64,000 nucleotides of DNA, from positions 4,525 to 68,524 of the forward strand of contig JACWEB010000001.1 in NCBI GenBank assembly GCA_014653715.1, written 5' to 3'. Positions 19,201 to 28,689 of the stretch are shown one piece after another. Source of the stretch: Pelagibacterales bacterium SAG-MED31 (GTDB lineage: Bacteria > Pseudomonadota > Alphaproteobacteria > HIMB59 > GCA-002718135). A program made the translations under genes and the position numbers. The notes below the pieces were generated by a model. It saw only the letters and a program-made list of their open reading frames with translations, did no database searches and was not told where the DNA came from. Numbering within the stretch: the first letter of the stretch is position 1; each line of letters starts with the position of its first letter.

Positions 19201-20721
19201 ATCACCCATTGAACCTGTAGCTTCTTTTTGTTCCATAATCATCGGATGAAGTATAAGTTCCATATCTTCCATCGACCAATCAAAGGACGACATTCGCTGC
19301 CTTAAGTCATGACCATCAATTTCTCTTAGTTCTTCATCAACTGATTTAACTAGCTTATCAATATGTGTAATGTTTTTAGTCCAGTTTCCAAAAGGTTTTG
19401 TTTCAGATAAATATTTTTTAATTTCTAAGTCAGAGTAAAATTTCTTTTCTTTAAAATTAATAGCAATCATTTGTCCTGGTCCAACTCGACCTTTTTCAAC
19501 AATTTCATCCTCTGGCAATACAACCATTCCTGTCTCTGATCCTGCAATTAAATAATCCGCTGTTAATGTATAGCGTATTGGTCGAAGACCGTTCCTATCC
19601 ATCCCTGCGATTGCCCAATCATCATGCGCGCCGCAAATTGCTGCAGGACCATCCCATGCTTCCATTACAGCTGTAGCATAAGCATATAAGTTTTTAAGTT
19701 TTTGAGAAAAGTCTCTGCGATGTGACCACGCTTCAGGTATCGTTAGTATTTTTGCCATAGGTAATGACTTATTTGATTTTACGAGAAGTTCTATGGTGGA
19801 GTCTAATGCAGCAGAGTCAGATGCATCTGCATCTATGATGGGTTTGAGATCTTCAATTGAGTTACCAAAATTTTGATGTTCTAATCGTGGCTCATGAGCA
19901 GCCATCCAATTTTTATTACCTTTTAATGTATTTATTTCTCCATTATGAGCAATCACGCGGAACGGTTGGGCAAGAGACCAAGTAGGAAATGTATTTGTTG
20001 AATAGCGTTGATGATAGACTGCGTATTTTGAAACAAAATTTTTATTTTTTATATCAGGATAAAAGTTAGATAATTGTTCTGCCAAAAACATACCTTTATA
20101 GACAATAGATTGACATGAAAGTGAGCAGATATAAAAATCATTAATGTTATTTGCTCGGATTTGTTTTTCAATTCGTTTGCGAATTATAAAAAGTAGATTA
20201 TCGAATTCTTTTTCATCTTCATAATTGTCATTACCAATTAAAATTTGTTCGATTTCTGGTCTTGTTGCTTTTGCTTTATCTCCTATAATAGAAGAATCGA
20301 TTGGTACGTGACGCCATCCATGAATTTTTAACCCTTCTTTAATTATCTCTGATTCAACAATTGTACGTGATTTCTCTTGCGCAGCAAAATCAGTTCTTGG
20401 TAAAAAAATCATTCCTACTGCAAATGGTAGACCGTTATGCTCATGACCTGTGCGTTTAATTTTATCGATAAAAAAATCTTTAGGAATGCTCAGTTGAATA
20501 CCTGCTCCATCACCCGTTTTACCATCTGCATCAACAGCACCCCTATGATAGAGAACTCTTAGAGCTTGCACTCCCATCTCAACAATTGCTCGTTTAGGAC
20601 TTCCGTCTAAAGATACAATAAGCCCAACTCCACAGGATGAATGTTCATCTAGCTCATTATAAATATGATTTTCTTCAAGGATTCTTTTATTTTTATACCA
20701 TGTATCTTTGAAATTATTCAT
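16207..20721 (-). CDS. gltB: Glutamate synthase (NADPH) large subunit
   Basis: 1504 aa with an N-terminal catalytic Cys (SSCGVGLI), followed by the FMN/Fe-S central domains and the GXGXG C-terminal domain. Confidence 0.97.
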   Translation of the reverse strand: MNNFKDTWYKNKRILEENHIYNELDEHSSCGVGLIVSLDGSPKRAIVEMGVQALRVLYHRGAVDADGKTGDGAGIQLSIPKDFFIDKIKRTGHEHNGLPFAVGMIFLPRTDFAAQEKSRTIVESEIIKEGLKIHGWRHVPIDSSIIGDKAKATRPEIEQILIGNDNYEDEKEFDNLLFIIRKRIEKQIRANNINDFYICSLSCQSIVYKGMFLAEQLSNFYPDIKNKNFVSKYAVYHQRYSTNTFPTWSLAQPFRVIAHNGEINTLKGNKNWMAAHEPRLEHQNFGNSIEDLKPIIDADASDSAALDSTIELLVKSNKSLPMAKILTIPEAWSHRRDFSQKLKNLYAYATAVMEAWDGPAAICGAHDDWAIAGMDRNGLRPIRYTLTADYLIAGSETGMVVLPEDEIVEKGRVGPGQMIAINFKEKKFYSDLEIKKYLSETKPFGNWTKNITHIDKLVKSVDEELREIDGHDLRQRMSSFDWSMEDMELILHPMIMEQKEATGSMGDDSPLAVLSKKYRGLHHYFRQNFSQVTNPPVDSLRERVVMSLRTRIGNLSNILDEDEKQCDHLQLDSPVLSINQFKTMRQYMKDAVKILDTTMDITDLNNSFEKALLDLNRQAEEAVREGYVHIILSDKNLSKNNIALPMILATSSVHSHLIRKSLRTYISLNIQSAECLDVHYFAVLIGVGATSINAYVAQQAIAERHKKGLFGSLSYEQCVERYIKSINNGLLKTMSKMGISVINSYRGGCNFEAIGLSRNLMSQFFPSMSSKISGIGISGIEKRSLAVHAKAFDDQVTTLSVGGFYRYRFGGEQHAFEAKSIHMLQSAVGNKNYSFFKKYSEMIDGMSPINIRDLLSFKTDNKKLNISEIDSAQEIRKRLVAPGISLGALSPEAHETLSIAMNRIGAKSDSGEGGEDASRFKLRPNGDNPSSRIKQIASGRFGVTAEYLNNCDEIEIKVAQGAKPGEGGQLPGGKVTELIAKLRHSTKGVTLISPPPHHDIYSIEDLAQLIYDLKQINPRAKVCVKLVAQSGIGTVAAGVAKAKADAILISGHNGGTGASPQTSIKYAGLPWELGLSEVHQVLSLNNLRDKVILRTDGGLKTGKDVVIAAMLGAEEYGIGTASLVAMGCIMVRQCHSNTCPVGVCSQDEKLREKFTGTPDKVINLFTYIAEEVREILAELGFKTLDEIVGRADLLHQVSRGSADLDDLDLNPIIQTIDSSVGEYNNKKDNITKVADSLDLKMIDDLTPLFTSRQKTQLSYNVKNTDRALGTRLASEITTKIGMNVLEEDQIIINLNGSAGQSFGAFSVKGTTLKISGDANDYVAKGLSGGKLIITPPEISSLKSNKNVIIGNTCLYGATKGTLYAAGKVGDRFAVRNSGANAVIEGCGDNGCEYMTGGSVVILGEVGNNFGAGMTGGMAFAYDKEGTLPLRINLDDVFYQQQMTPYWEGVLYDKIQHYFIETNSQHAKEILDNWDRNKYLFWQIIPKEMINKFEQPVLVETTKTA

Positions 20722-22147
20722 TAAAAACTCTATCGGTTTCTTGAATATTTTTACCCAGATAATTATGAATATGATTAGCTACATCTCTTCCATCTTTAAT
20801 TCCCCATACAACTAAGCTTGCACCTCTTACAATATCACCGGCAGCAAAAACGCCATCAAGAGAAGTCATAAGGTTTTTGTAATCCACCTTTATAGTTCCC
20901 CACTTTGTTACTTTTAAATGAGGTTCATCAAACATTGTTGGTAAATCTTCAGGCTCAAAACCTAAAGCTTCAATAACTAAATCTGCTTTAAGCATCTCTT
21001 CACTATCTTTTTTTATCTCTGGTTTTCTTCGGCCACTTTCATCAGGAGATCCTAGTTCCATTTTAGCGATTTTGACTTGATCCAGTTTACCATTACCTTG
21101 GTATTTTATTGGTAATGTTAGCCAGTTAAAATCAATACCTTCTTCTATAGCGTTTTCGACCTCTCTTTGAGATCCTGGCATATTATTTTTATCTCTTCGG
21201 TAAAGACACTTCACATCTTTAGCGCCTTGTCGAACAGCTGTTCGTACACAATCCATTGCAGTGTCCCCACCACCAACAACTACAACATTTTTATTGTTAG
21301 CATTAAGCAAGCCGTTATCAAAATCTTCTATTTTATCCTTTAGCCCCACTTTGTTGCTAGTAGTAAGATAATTTAATGCAGAAATTACATTAGAAAAGTT
21401 GTTTTCATTAAGATTTATTTCTCTTGATTTGTAAACACCAGTTGCAATAACTATGGCATGATGCTCTTCCCTCAATTCAATAAAAGTTTTATCTTTGCCA
21501 ACATTAAAATTTAACTTAAATTCAATACCACTATCTTCTAATAATTTTGTTCTTCTTTGAACGATCTCTTTTTCCAATTTAAAATTAGGAATGCCATAAA
21601 TGAGAAGACCTCCTGCTCTATCATAACGATCATAGATTGTAATTTGATAACCTAGTTTTTTTAATTCTTCAGCTGCTGCAAGTCCTGCTGGCCCTGCTCC
21701 AATAATTCCGATAGTTTCTTTTCTTTGAGCACTAGGCTGAATAGTTTTTACCCACCCCTTATCCCAAGCAGTATCAGTTATATATTTTTCTATTGATCCA
21801 ATCGTCACAGTTCCATGTCCTGATTGCTCAATGACACAGTTTCCTTCACACAACCTATCTTGCGGACATATCCTTCCACAAATCTCAGGCATATTATTAG
21901 TCGAGCTTGATAATTGATAAGCTTCTTCTAACCTATTTTCTGCAGTTAACTTTAACCAGTCCGGAATATTATTATGAAGTGGACAATGTACTTGGCAAAA
22001 AGGGACTCCACACTGCGAACATCGTGATGCCTGTTCTTCAGCTTTTTGTTTTGCAAAATTAGCATAGATTTCATCAAAATTTTTAGATCTGACGTTAGAA
22101 TCAACCTTACTTGGGTTTTCTTTATCAATTGAAGTAAATTTTAACAT
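20714..22147 (-). CDS. gltD: Glutamate synthase small subunit
   Basis: 477 aa. Fe-S motif CSQCGVPFC and FAD/NAD folds GAGPAGLAAA and VVGGGDTAMDC. Overlaps gltB by 8 nt. Confidence 0.96.
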   Translation of the reverse strand: MLKFTSIDKENPSKVDSNVRSKNFDEIYANFAKQKAEEQASRCSQCGVPFCQVHCPLHNNIPDWLKLTAENRLEEAYQLSSSTNNMPEICGRICPQDRLCEGNCVIEQSGHGTVTIGSIEKYITDTAWDKGWVKTIQPSAQRKETIGIIGAGPAGLAAAEELKKLGYQITIYDRYDRAGGLLIYGIPNFKLEKEIVQRRTKLLEDSGIEFKLNFNVGKDKTFIELREEHHAIVIATGVYKSREINLNENNFSNVISALNYLTTSNKVGLKDKIEDFDNGLLNANNKNVVVVGGGDTAMDCVRTAVRQGAKDVKCLYRRDKNNMPGSQREVENAIEEGIDFNWLTLPIKYQGNGKLDQVKIAKMELGSPDESGRRKPEIKKDSEEMLKADLVIEALGFEPEDLPTMFDEPHLKVTKWGTIKVDYKNLMTSLDGVFAAGDIVRGASLVVWGIKDGRDVANHIHNYLGKNIQETDRVFNE

Positions 22148-22229
22148 TTGTACATTTCTGTTACTTTATTTTTAAAAATTAAGGGAATAAACAATATATA
22201 ATCGAAAATAAATATAAAAAACAATTAAT

Positions 22230-22248
22230 TAGTACAACTGTGGTACTA
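22230..22248 (-). other. Palindrome TAGTAC-N7-GTACTA between the SDR gene stop and the gltD start; weak terminator or operator candidate
   Basis: Read directly. On the minus strand the hairpin is followed 9 nt later by a T6 run. The stem is only 6 bp and AT-rich. Confidence 0.25.
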
Positions 22249-22268
22249 TTTGTGGAAGAATTAAGTAT

Positions 22269-23165
22269 TTATATGGATTTTTTAACTGCTGAAATTACTT
22301 TTCTAGGCAACATTTTAACATAATCAAAGCCTTTTTTATCATTATTTAAAATATTATCAGAATCAAACAGGGATAATTGTTCTAAATTTAAGGGAAAAAA
22401 TGGAGTTTTTTCTCCTATTCCAACAATTGGTTTAATGATTGGCATAGGAACTGACACAAATACTCTTTTTTTACTCATTAGTTCTGCAATTAAAGTATAA
22501 AATTCTTTGTAGGTAAAAACATCAGGGCCTCCAAGCTCAAACAATCTTTCATCTACATTTGGAAGGTCAATTAAGTTTGATAAAAACTTAACAATATCCT
22601 CTATTGAAACAGGTTGAAACTTTCTACCTCCATCTCCAAAGAGAGGGATAAAAAAAGACATTTTAAAAATTGGCAAAAGATTTGATAGAAACTGGTCTCC
22701 ATTTCCTAAAATCACACTAGGTCTAATAATAATTGAATTATTTAATTCTTTAGTAATTAACTCTTCAGTTTTTGAAATTATTTCATTGCGTAAAGTTGAT
22801 CGTTTTTCCGTTCCTAAACCTGAGAAAAAAATGAATTTTTTAATTGCAGACGATTTATTAATAATCTCAATTAATTCTGCATTAAATTTATAAATTGATT
22901 TTTCTAAATATGCCTCTTTAGACTCCCATGTAGTTTTTAAGTTAATACATATGTCGGTATTATTTAGGATAGATAAAAGTTTAGGATTTTTTAATGAGGT
23001 AAAGTGAAAAGGTACTATTTGACCAACTTCCCCTAAAAGTCTTAAATTAGCTTCATTAATTTGCCTTTGATAAGGAACAATAATTTTATAACCTTTTTTT
23101 ACTAAGGACCTTATTAAGTTTTTTCCAACATAACCTGACCCACCAAATATTATTATTGATTTCAT
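22269..23165 (-). CDS. Atypical SDR / NAD-dependent epimerase family protein (NDUFA9-like)
   Basis: 298 aa. N-terminal Rossmann motif IFGGSGYVGKNL. Alphaproteobacterial homologues are usually annotated as complex I NDUFA9-like. Confidence 0.7.
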   Translation of the reverse strand: MKSIIIFGGSGYVGKNLIRSLVKKGYKIIVPYQRQINEANLRLLGEVGQIVPFHFTSLKNPKLLSILNNTDICINLKTTWESKEAYLEKSIYKFNAELIEIINKSSAIKKFIFFSGLGTEKRSTLRNEIISKTEELITKELNNSIIIRPSVILGNGDQFLSNLLPIFKMSFFIPLFGDGGRKFQPVSIEDIVKFLSNLIDLPNVDERLFELGGPDVFTYKEFYTLIAELMSKKRVFVSVPMPIIKPIVGIGEKTPFFPLNLEQLSLFDSDNILNNDKKGFDYVKMLPRKVISAVKKSI

Positions 23166-23230
23166 GATTTTTAAAGAGATTGATGCTATAACAAGATAAT
23201 TATTTGAAATAAAGAATAAATAAATTGTAA

Positions 23231-23839
23231 ATGAAAATTAAATACTACGAAAATGATTTGCCTGAAGATTTAAATCTAGGTGATATTATTGCAATTGATA
23301 CTGAAACTATGGGATTAAATCCTGATAGAGACAAATTATGTTTAGTGCAACTATCCTCAGGTGATGGAACTTGTCATTTAGTAAAAATTTTAGATTTAAG
23401 AAGAAAACCAAAAAATCTCATAAAACTTCTTAAAAATAACAAAATTAATAAAATTTTTCATTATGCACGATTTGACATAGCAATTTTAAAACACACTTAC
23501 AAAATAGATATTAATAATATTTATTGTACAAAAATTGCGTCAAAACTTGTCAGAACCTACACTGATAAACATGGTTATAAAGACCTTTGCAGAGAGCTAT
23601 TAAATAAAACAATTTCTAAATTAGAGCAGTCATCTGATTGGGGGGGCAACCTATCAAAAGATCAAAAAAAATATGCTGCTACTGATGTACTACATCTTCA
23701 TAAAATTAAAAAAAAATTAGATATTATGTTGCTTAGAGAAAATAGAACAAAAATTGCTAAAGCTTGTTTTGAATTTATAAGTTATCGTACAGATCTCGAT
23801 TTATATGGCTGGCATGATATAGATATATTTAAACATTAA
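23231..23839 (+). CDS. DEDD-family 3'-5' exonuclease (short RNase D-like)
   Basis: 202 aa with the motifs IAIDTETMGL, FHYARFDI and YAATDVLHL (ExoI/II/III). Confidence 0.8.
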   Translation: MKIKYYENDLPEDLNLGDIIAIDTETMGLNPDRDKLCLVQLSSGDGTCHLVKILDLRRKPKNLIKLLKNNKINKIFHYARFDIAILKHTYKIDINNIYCTKIASKLVRTYTDKHGYKDLCRELLNKTISKLEQSSDWGGNLSKDQKKYAATDVLHLHKIKKKLDIMLLRENRTKIAKACFEFISYRTDLDLYGWHDIDIFKH

Positions 23840-24796
23840 ATGAATAAATCCAGTATAATTAATAGAGCAAAAAAAACTCTAAGTACGGAGATAAAAGAAT
23901 TAAAAATTTTATCAAAAACTTTTAACAATAATTTTTATAAAACTGTTATTCTTCTTAGTAAAATTAGAGGACGAGTAATAGTTACTGGGGTTGGAAAAAG
24001 TGCTCATATTGGTAATAAAATTTCAGCTACGCTAGCTTCAACTGGAACTCCATCCTATTTAATTCATGCAACAGAGGCCAGTCATGGTGATCTTGGAGGA
24101 ATTAAAAAAAATGACTGTATTTTAGCAATCTCTAATTCTGGTGAAACTTCAGAATTAAAAAATATTATTAGTTATTCAAAACGCTTTGATATTCCTATGG
24201 TGAGTATTTCAAGTAATTCAAAAAGTACATTATATAAAAATTCAACAATAGGTATAGTATATAAAAAACCAATTGAGGCATGCCCACATAATCTTGCGCC
24301 TACAAGCTCAACAACTTTACAATTGGTAATAGGTGACTGCATTGCTATGGCACTATTAGAACTTAAAGGTTTTAAAAGTAGTCAGTTCAAAAATTTTCAC
24401 CCAGGAGGTAACTTAGGAAAAGATTTGCAAAAAGTTCACGAAATTATGCATGTAGGTGCCACACTACCATTAGCCAAAGAAAGTGATAAAATGACTAAAA
24501 CATTAATAACAATGACAAAAAAAAGTTTTGGTTGTGTTGGTGTAATAAATAATAAAAAAAAATTAATTGGAATTATCACAGATGGTGACTTGAGAAGAAA
24601 TATGAATGATAATCTTTTTAATCTTAAAGCGGCTGACCTTATGACCACAAAACCTACATCTGGGGGTAAAGACATGCTTGTTGGAGAGGTTTTAAATATT
24701 ATGAATAACAAAAAAATTACTAGTTTATTTATATGTGAAAAAAGCAAACCTATAGGTATTATTCATATTCATGACTTATTAAGGTTGAGTAGTTAA
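23840..24796 (+). CDS. kdsD: Arabinose-5-phosphate isomerase (KdsD/KpsF; SIS plus tandem CBS)
   Basis: 318 aa with the SIS motif VTGVGKSAHIG and SNSGETSE, plus a C-terminal CBS pair. Confidence 0.9.
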   Translation: MNKSSIINRAKKTLSTEIKELKILSKTFNNNFYKTVILLSKIRGRVIVTGVGKSAHIGNKISATLASTGTPSYLIHATEASHGDLGGIKKNDCILAISNSGETSELKNIISYSKRFDIPMVSISSNSKSTLYKNSTIGIVYKKPIEACPHNLAPTSSTTLQLVIGDCIAMALLELKGFKSSQFKNFHPGGNLGKDLQKVHEIMHVGATLPLAKESDKMTKTLITMTKKSFGCVGVINNKKKLIGIITDGDLRRNMNDNLFNLKAADLMTTKPTSGGKDMLVGEVLNIMNNKKITSLFICEKSKPIGIIHIHDLLRLSS

Positions 24797-24797
24797 A

Positions 24798-25247
24798 TTG
24801 AATTTTCTACTCAAAATAAATAAATCAAAATTGTTCATTTTTATAATCTTTCTAATTATTTTAATTTTTATTTTTTTTACTTTCAATTTTATTAATAATG
24901 GAAAACCAATTCTAAAAGTAGTTGATATAACAGCTAATAAATCTGATATTGTTAGACCAAAATTTTCAATCAGTGGGAAAAAAAGTCAAATATTTATTAC
25001 GGCAAAAAATGGAAATTTTATTAGTGAAGAAAAAATTCTTTTAGAAAATAATGTTAAATTTAAATCTAAAGAATTTCAATTGGAATCAGATAATGTTATT
25101 TTTGATAGAAAAAATTTAATAGCGACAAGTGAAAATAAATCAAAGTTTTTATCTAAAAATACATCTATTATATCAGCAGGCTTTGATATAACAGAAAATG
25201 GTAATATAATAAATTTTAAAGGACAAACAATTCTAATTTTTAAATGA
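24798..25247 (+). CDS. lptC: LptC-like LPS export protein (TTG start)
   Basis: 149 aa with a single N-terminal TM helix followed by a beta-rich periplasmic domain. Its position between kdsD and lptA supports the call. No in-frame ATG exists. Confidence 0.65.
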   Translation: MNFLLKINKSKLFIFIIFLIILIFIFFTFNFINNGKPILKVVDITANKSDIVRPKFSISGKKSQIFITAKNGNFISEEKILLENNVKFKSKEFQLESDNVIFDRKNLIATSENKSKFLSKNTSIISAGFDITENGNIINFKGQTILIFK

Positions 25248-26017
25248 ATATTATTAAATTAATAATTTTATCAAGTATTGTAGTTTTATATTCAAATTTC
25301 GTAATATCAAGGGGTATAGGCGAAACAGAGATAACTACTGATGATGGGATAGAAGTATTTCAAAACGAAAAATATTATTTGTTAAAAAAAAATGTAAAAA
25401 TTACTTCAGATGATTTTGAAATATCTGCAGATATAATAAAGGCAAATTTTGATACTGACTTATATGATATTACTTTACTTGAGACAGAAGGTACTTCAAA
25501 TTTAAATGCAATAAAATATGGTATTACTGGAAAAGGGGATGAAATTGATATTAATATAAAATCAGAAGAAATAATTGTTCGAGGAAAGAATTCTTATTTA
25601 AATCTTCAAAAGACAAGAATGAATACAGATGGTTCGATAAAAGTTAATAATTCACTGCAGACCTTTGAATTAATTGGTGATAATTCTAATCTACAAAATG
25701 ATGATTTGAATATTTATGGTGAATACATAAGTGGATCTTTTTCGGAACTTAATGGTGAAAAACAAATAAATAAACTTAATGTTGAAGATGATAATTTATT
25801 AAATATTAACACTGCACAGCTTCAAATGTATTCACAAAAAGCTATATATGATGATCAAACAAATATTATTGAATTATTTTCAAAAGTAAAAATTGTTAAA
25901 GGTCAAGAAATCATTACTGGTGATTATGGTTATTTTGATACTGTTAAAAATTCATATAAAGTAAAATCTGACAATACTTCAAAAGTAAAGGTTACAATTA
26001 AAAAAACAAATGAATAA
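25244..26017 (+). CDS. lptA: LptA/OstA-N family periplasmic LPS transport protein
   Basis: 257 aa with a signal peptide, OstA-like repeats (VKITSDDFEISADIIKANF) and conserved synteny. Confidence 0.75.
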   Translation: MNIIKLIILSSIVVLYSNFVISRGIGETEITTDDGIEVFQNEKYYLLKKNVKITSDDFEISADIIKANFDTDLYDITLLETEGTSNLNAIKYGITGKGDEIDINIKSEEIIVRGKNSYLNLQKTRMNTDGSIKVNNSLQTFELIGDNSNLQNDDLNIYGEYISGSFSELNGEKQINKLNVEDDNLLNINTAQLQMYSQKAIYDDQTNIIELFSKVKIVKGQEIITGDYGYFDTVKNSYKVKSDNTSKVKVTIKKTNE

Positions 26018-26753
26018 ATTTCAACTTCTAGATGACGGGTTAAGAATAAACAAAATTTCTAAATCATACGGTAATAAAAAAGTTGTAAGAGATATAAGCA
26101 TCTTAATTAATAGAGGAGAGATAGTGGGCCTGCTTGGACCAAATGGGGCAGGTAAAACTACAACATTTTATATGATAGTCGGATTAGTAAAATCAGACAC
26201 AGGTTCTATATTATTAGATAAAATTGAAATTTCTAAAATGCCTATTTATTCAAGAGGACTTCAAGGAATAAGTTATTTACCCCAAGAACCATCAATTTTT
26301 AGAGGAATGAATGTTGAAGATAACTTGCTTTCAATAATTGAGATTGTAGAAAAAGATAAAAATAAACATGACATTATATTACAGAGTCTTCTCAACGAGT
26401 TTGATATTAACCATGTTAGAAAATCAAAATCAATAGTCCTCTCAGGGGGTGAAAGACGCCGATTAGAAATCGCAAGAACATTAGCATCACGACCTAAATA
26501 TCTTCTTCTTGATGAACCCTTAACTGGTATTGATCCAGTTTCAATTGAAGAAATAAAAATAATTATAAAAAAATTAAAACAGAAAAATATAGGTGTTTTG
26601 ATTACTGATCATAATGTAAGGGAGACACTTAAAATTGTAGATAGAGTATATATTGTAAACGAAGGAATGATATATTTTAGCGGAAACCCGAGTGAGGCAA
26701 TATCTGATGATAGGATAAAGAAATTTTATCTTGGTAGCGACTTTTCAATTTAA
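26010..26753 (+). CDS. lptB: LPS export ABC transporter ATPase
   Basis: 247 aa with GPNGAGKTT, LSGGERRRLEIAR and LLLDEP. Confidence 0.93.
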   Translation: MNKFQLLDDGLRINKISKSYGNKKVVRDISILINRGEIVGLLGPNGAGKTTTFYMIVGLVKSDTGSILLDKIEISKMPIYSRGLQGISYLPQEPSIFRGMNVEDNLLSIIEIVEKDKNKHDIILQSLLNEFDINHVRKSKSIVLSGGERRRLEIARTLASRPKYLLLDEPLTGIDPVSIEEIKIIIKKLKQKNIGVLITDHNVRETLKIVDRVYIVNEGMIYFSGNPSEAISDDRIKKFYLGSDFSI

Positions 26754-26755
26754 CT

Positions 26756-28054
26756 ATGTTTAGTGAACAAACAAATACTGGAATTAATGGAATCGTTACG
26801 GTCCCAGGAGATAAATCAATTTCTCACAGATCAATAATTATTCCCTCAATTTCAAGAGGGATTTGTGAAGTTTCAAACATTTTAAAATCAGATGATGTTC
26901 TTAACACCATGAATGCATTTAAAGAAATGGGAGTTGAAATAAAAGAAGAAAATAAGAAAATAATTATCAATGGAAAAGGTTTAGAATCTCTAAAAATGCC
27001 AAATAAAGAACTTTATCTTGGTAATTCTGGAACAAGCGCGAGATTGTTAACTGGTTTATTAGCTTCACAAAATTTTGATACAGTATTAACTGGAGATAAA
27101 TCCCTATCATCCAGACCAATGAAAAGAATTACCAATCCTTTATCTGAAATGGGTGCTGAAATAAAAACACATGATGGAAAATTACCATTGCATATACATG
27201 GTAAGTCTCTAAAAAATTGCCAAATTCAAATCGAAATCCCTTCAGCTCAAATAAAATCAGGATTAATACTAGCAGCATTAAATACAGAAGGAACTAGCTG
27301 CATTAATGAACACCATATAACAAGAAATCATACTGAAATAATGCTCGAAACATTTGGGGCAGATATTCAAACAAAAAAATTTGATAATTCATCTAAAATT
27401 ATCATTAATGGGAAAAAAGACCTTACTCCTAAAAATATTGATGTCCCTGCTGACTTATCTAGTAGTGCATTTTTTATAGTTGCTGCATTAATTAACAAAA
27501 ACTCAGATATAACTCTAGAAAATATTAATATTAATCCGACTAGAAATGGTTTGTTAATTGCCTTAAAAAAAATGGGTGCAAATATTAAAATTTTAAATAA
27601 AAGAACAAGAGCTGGAGAAATTGTTGCCGACATTAATGTCAAATCTTCTGAGCTTAATGGATGTGAATTGGATAAAGAAATGGCAAAATTAATGATAGAT
27701 GAATTCCCAATTCTATCTGTTGCTGCATCACAAGCAAATTCTCCAAGTCAATTTAAAGGATTGGATGAATTGAGAATAAAAGAAAGTGACAGGCTTGAAT
27801 TAATACACCTCAATCTTAATACATGTGGTTGTTACAGTGAAATAAAAGATAATAACATTTTTATTAACCCAACTAAAAATACAGAAATAATAAATCCTGA
27901 AATAAGAACAGATTATGATCATCGAATAGCAATGTCTTTTGCTATATTAGGATCAAAAATTGGAAAACTCCATATTAATGAGTCAGAGTCTATTAATACA
28001 AGTTTTCCAACTTTTAAAAATCAATTTAATAAAGCTGGTGGTAAATTATATTGA
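26756..28054 (+). CDS. aroA: 3-phosphoshikimate 1-carboxyvinyltransferase (EPSP synthase)
   Basis: 432 aa with PGDKSISHR and LGNSGTSARLL. Confidence 0.95.
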   Translation: MFSEQTNTGINGIVTVPGDKSISHRSIIIPSISRGICEVSNILKSDDVLNTMNAFKEMGVEIKEENKKIIINGKGLESLKMPNKELYLGNSGTSARLLTGLLASQNFDTVLTGDKSLSSRPMKRITNPLSEMGAEIKTHDGKLPLHIHGKSLKNCQIQIEIPSAQIKSGLILAALNTEGTSCINEHHITRNHTEIMLETFGADIQTKKFDNSSKIIINGKKDLTPKNIDVPADLSSSAFFIVAALINKNSDITLENININPTRNGLLIALKKMGANIKILNKRTRAGEIVADINVKSSELNGCELDKEMAKLMIDEFPILSVAASQANSPSQFKGLDELRIKESDRLELIHLNLNTCGCYSEIKDNNIFINPTKNTEIINPEIRTDYDHRIAMSFAILGSKIGKLHINESESINTSFPTFKNQFNKAGGKLY

Positions 28055-28689
28055 AAAAAATTATTATTACTATCGATGGACCTGCTGCATCTGGGAAAGG
28101 CCGTATTGCAAAATATGTTGCAAAAGAATATAATTTCATTCACATTGACTCAGGTCTTTTGTACAGAAAGATAGCAAAATTATTGATTGACAAAAAAACT
28201 GATTTAAAAAAAAGTAATCAAGTAAAACAAATACTAATTAAAAATAATAATTTTTCTTTAAGGGATAATAATAATTTAAGAAATGAACATATTGGGAGAG
28301 CATCATCAATTATTGCAAAAATGAATTTTGTTAGAAATCATGTCAATAAACAGCAGATATTACTTACAGAACAAAAAACTAATAAAAAAGGGTTTGTTAT
28401 AGATGGTAGAGATATTGGTTCTGTTGTTTTTAAAAATGCAGATCTGAAGCTATTTATAGATGTAAACCCTAATGTGAGAGCTAAAAGAAGACATAAACAG
28501 TTGATTGATTTGGGTGAAAAGTCTATATACGCCAAAATTTTAAAGGAAATTAAATTGAGAGATAAACAAGATATAATTAGATTAAACTCACCTTTAGTAG
28601 TTCCAAAAGGTGCGCATATTATAGATAACTCTAAATCATTTAACAAAACTTTGATTAAAATAAATCATTTGATTGGACAAATTACATAA
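28051..28689 (+). CDS. cmk: Cytidylate kinase (TTG start overlapping the aroA stop)
   Basis: 212 aa with the IDGPAASGKG P-loop. Conserved aroA-cmk-rpsA-ihfB synteny. Confidence 0.93.
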   Translation: MKKIIITIDGPAASGKGRIAKYVAKEYNFIHIDSGLLYRKIAKLLIDKKTDLKKSNQVKQILIKNNNFSLRDNNNLRNEHIGRASSIIAKMNFVRNHVNKQQILLTEQKTNKKGFVIDGRDIGSVVFKNADLKLFIDVNPNVRAKRRHKQLIDLGEKSIYAKILKEIKLRDKQDIIRLNSPLVVPKGAHIIDNSKSFNKTLIKINHLIGQIT

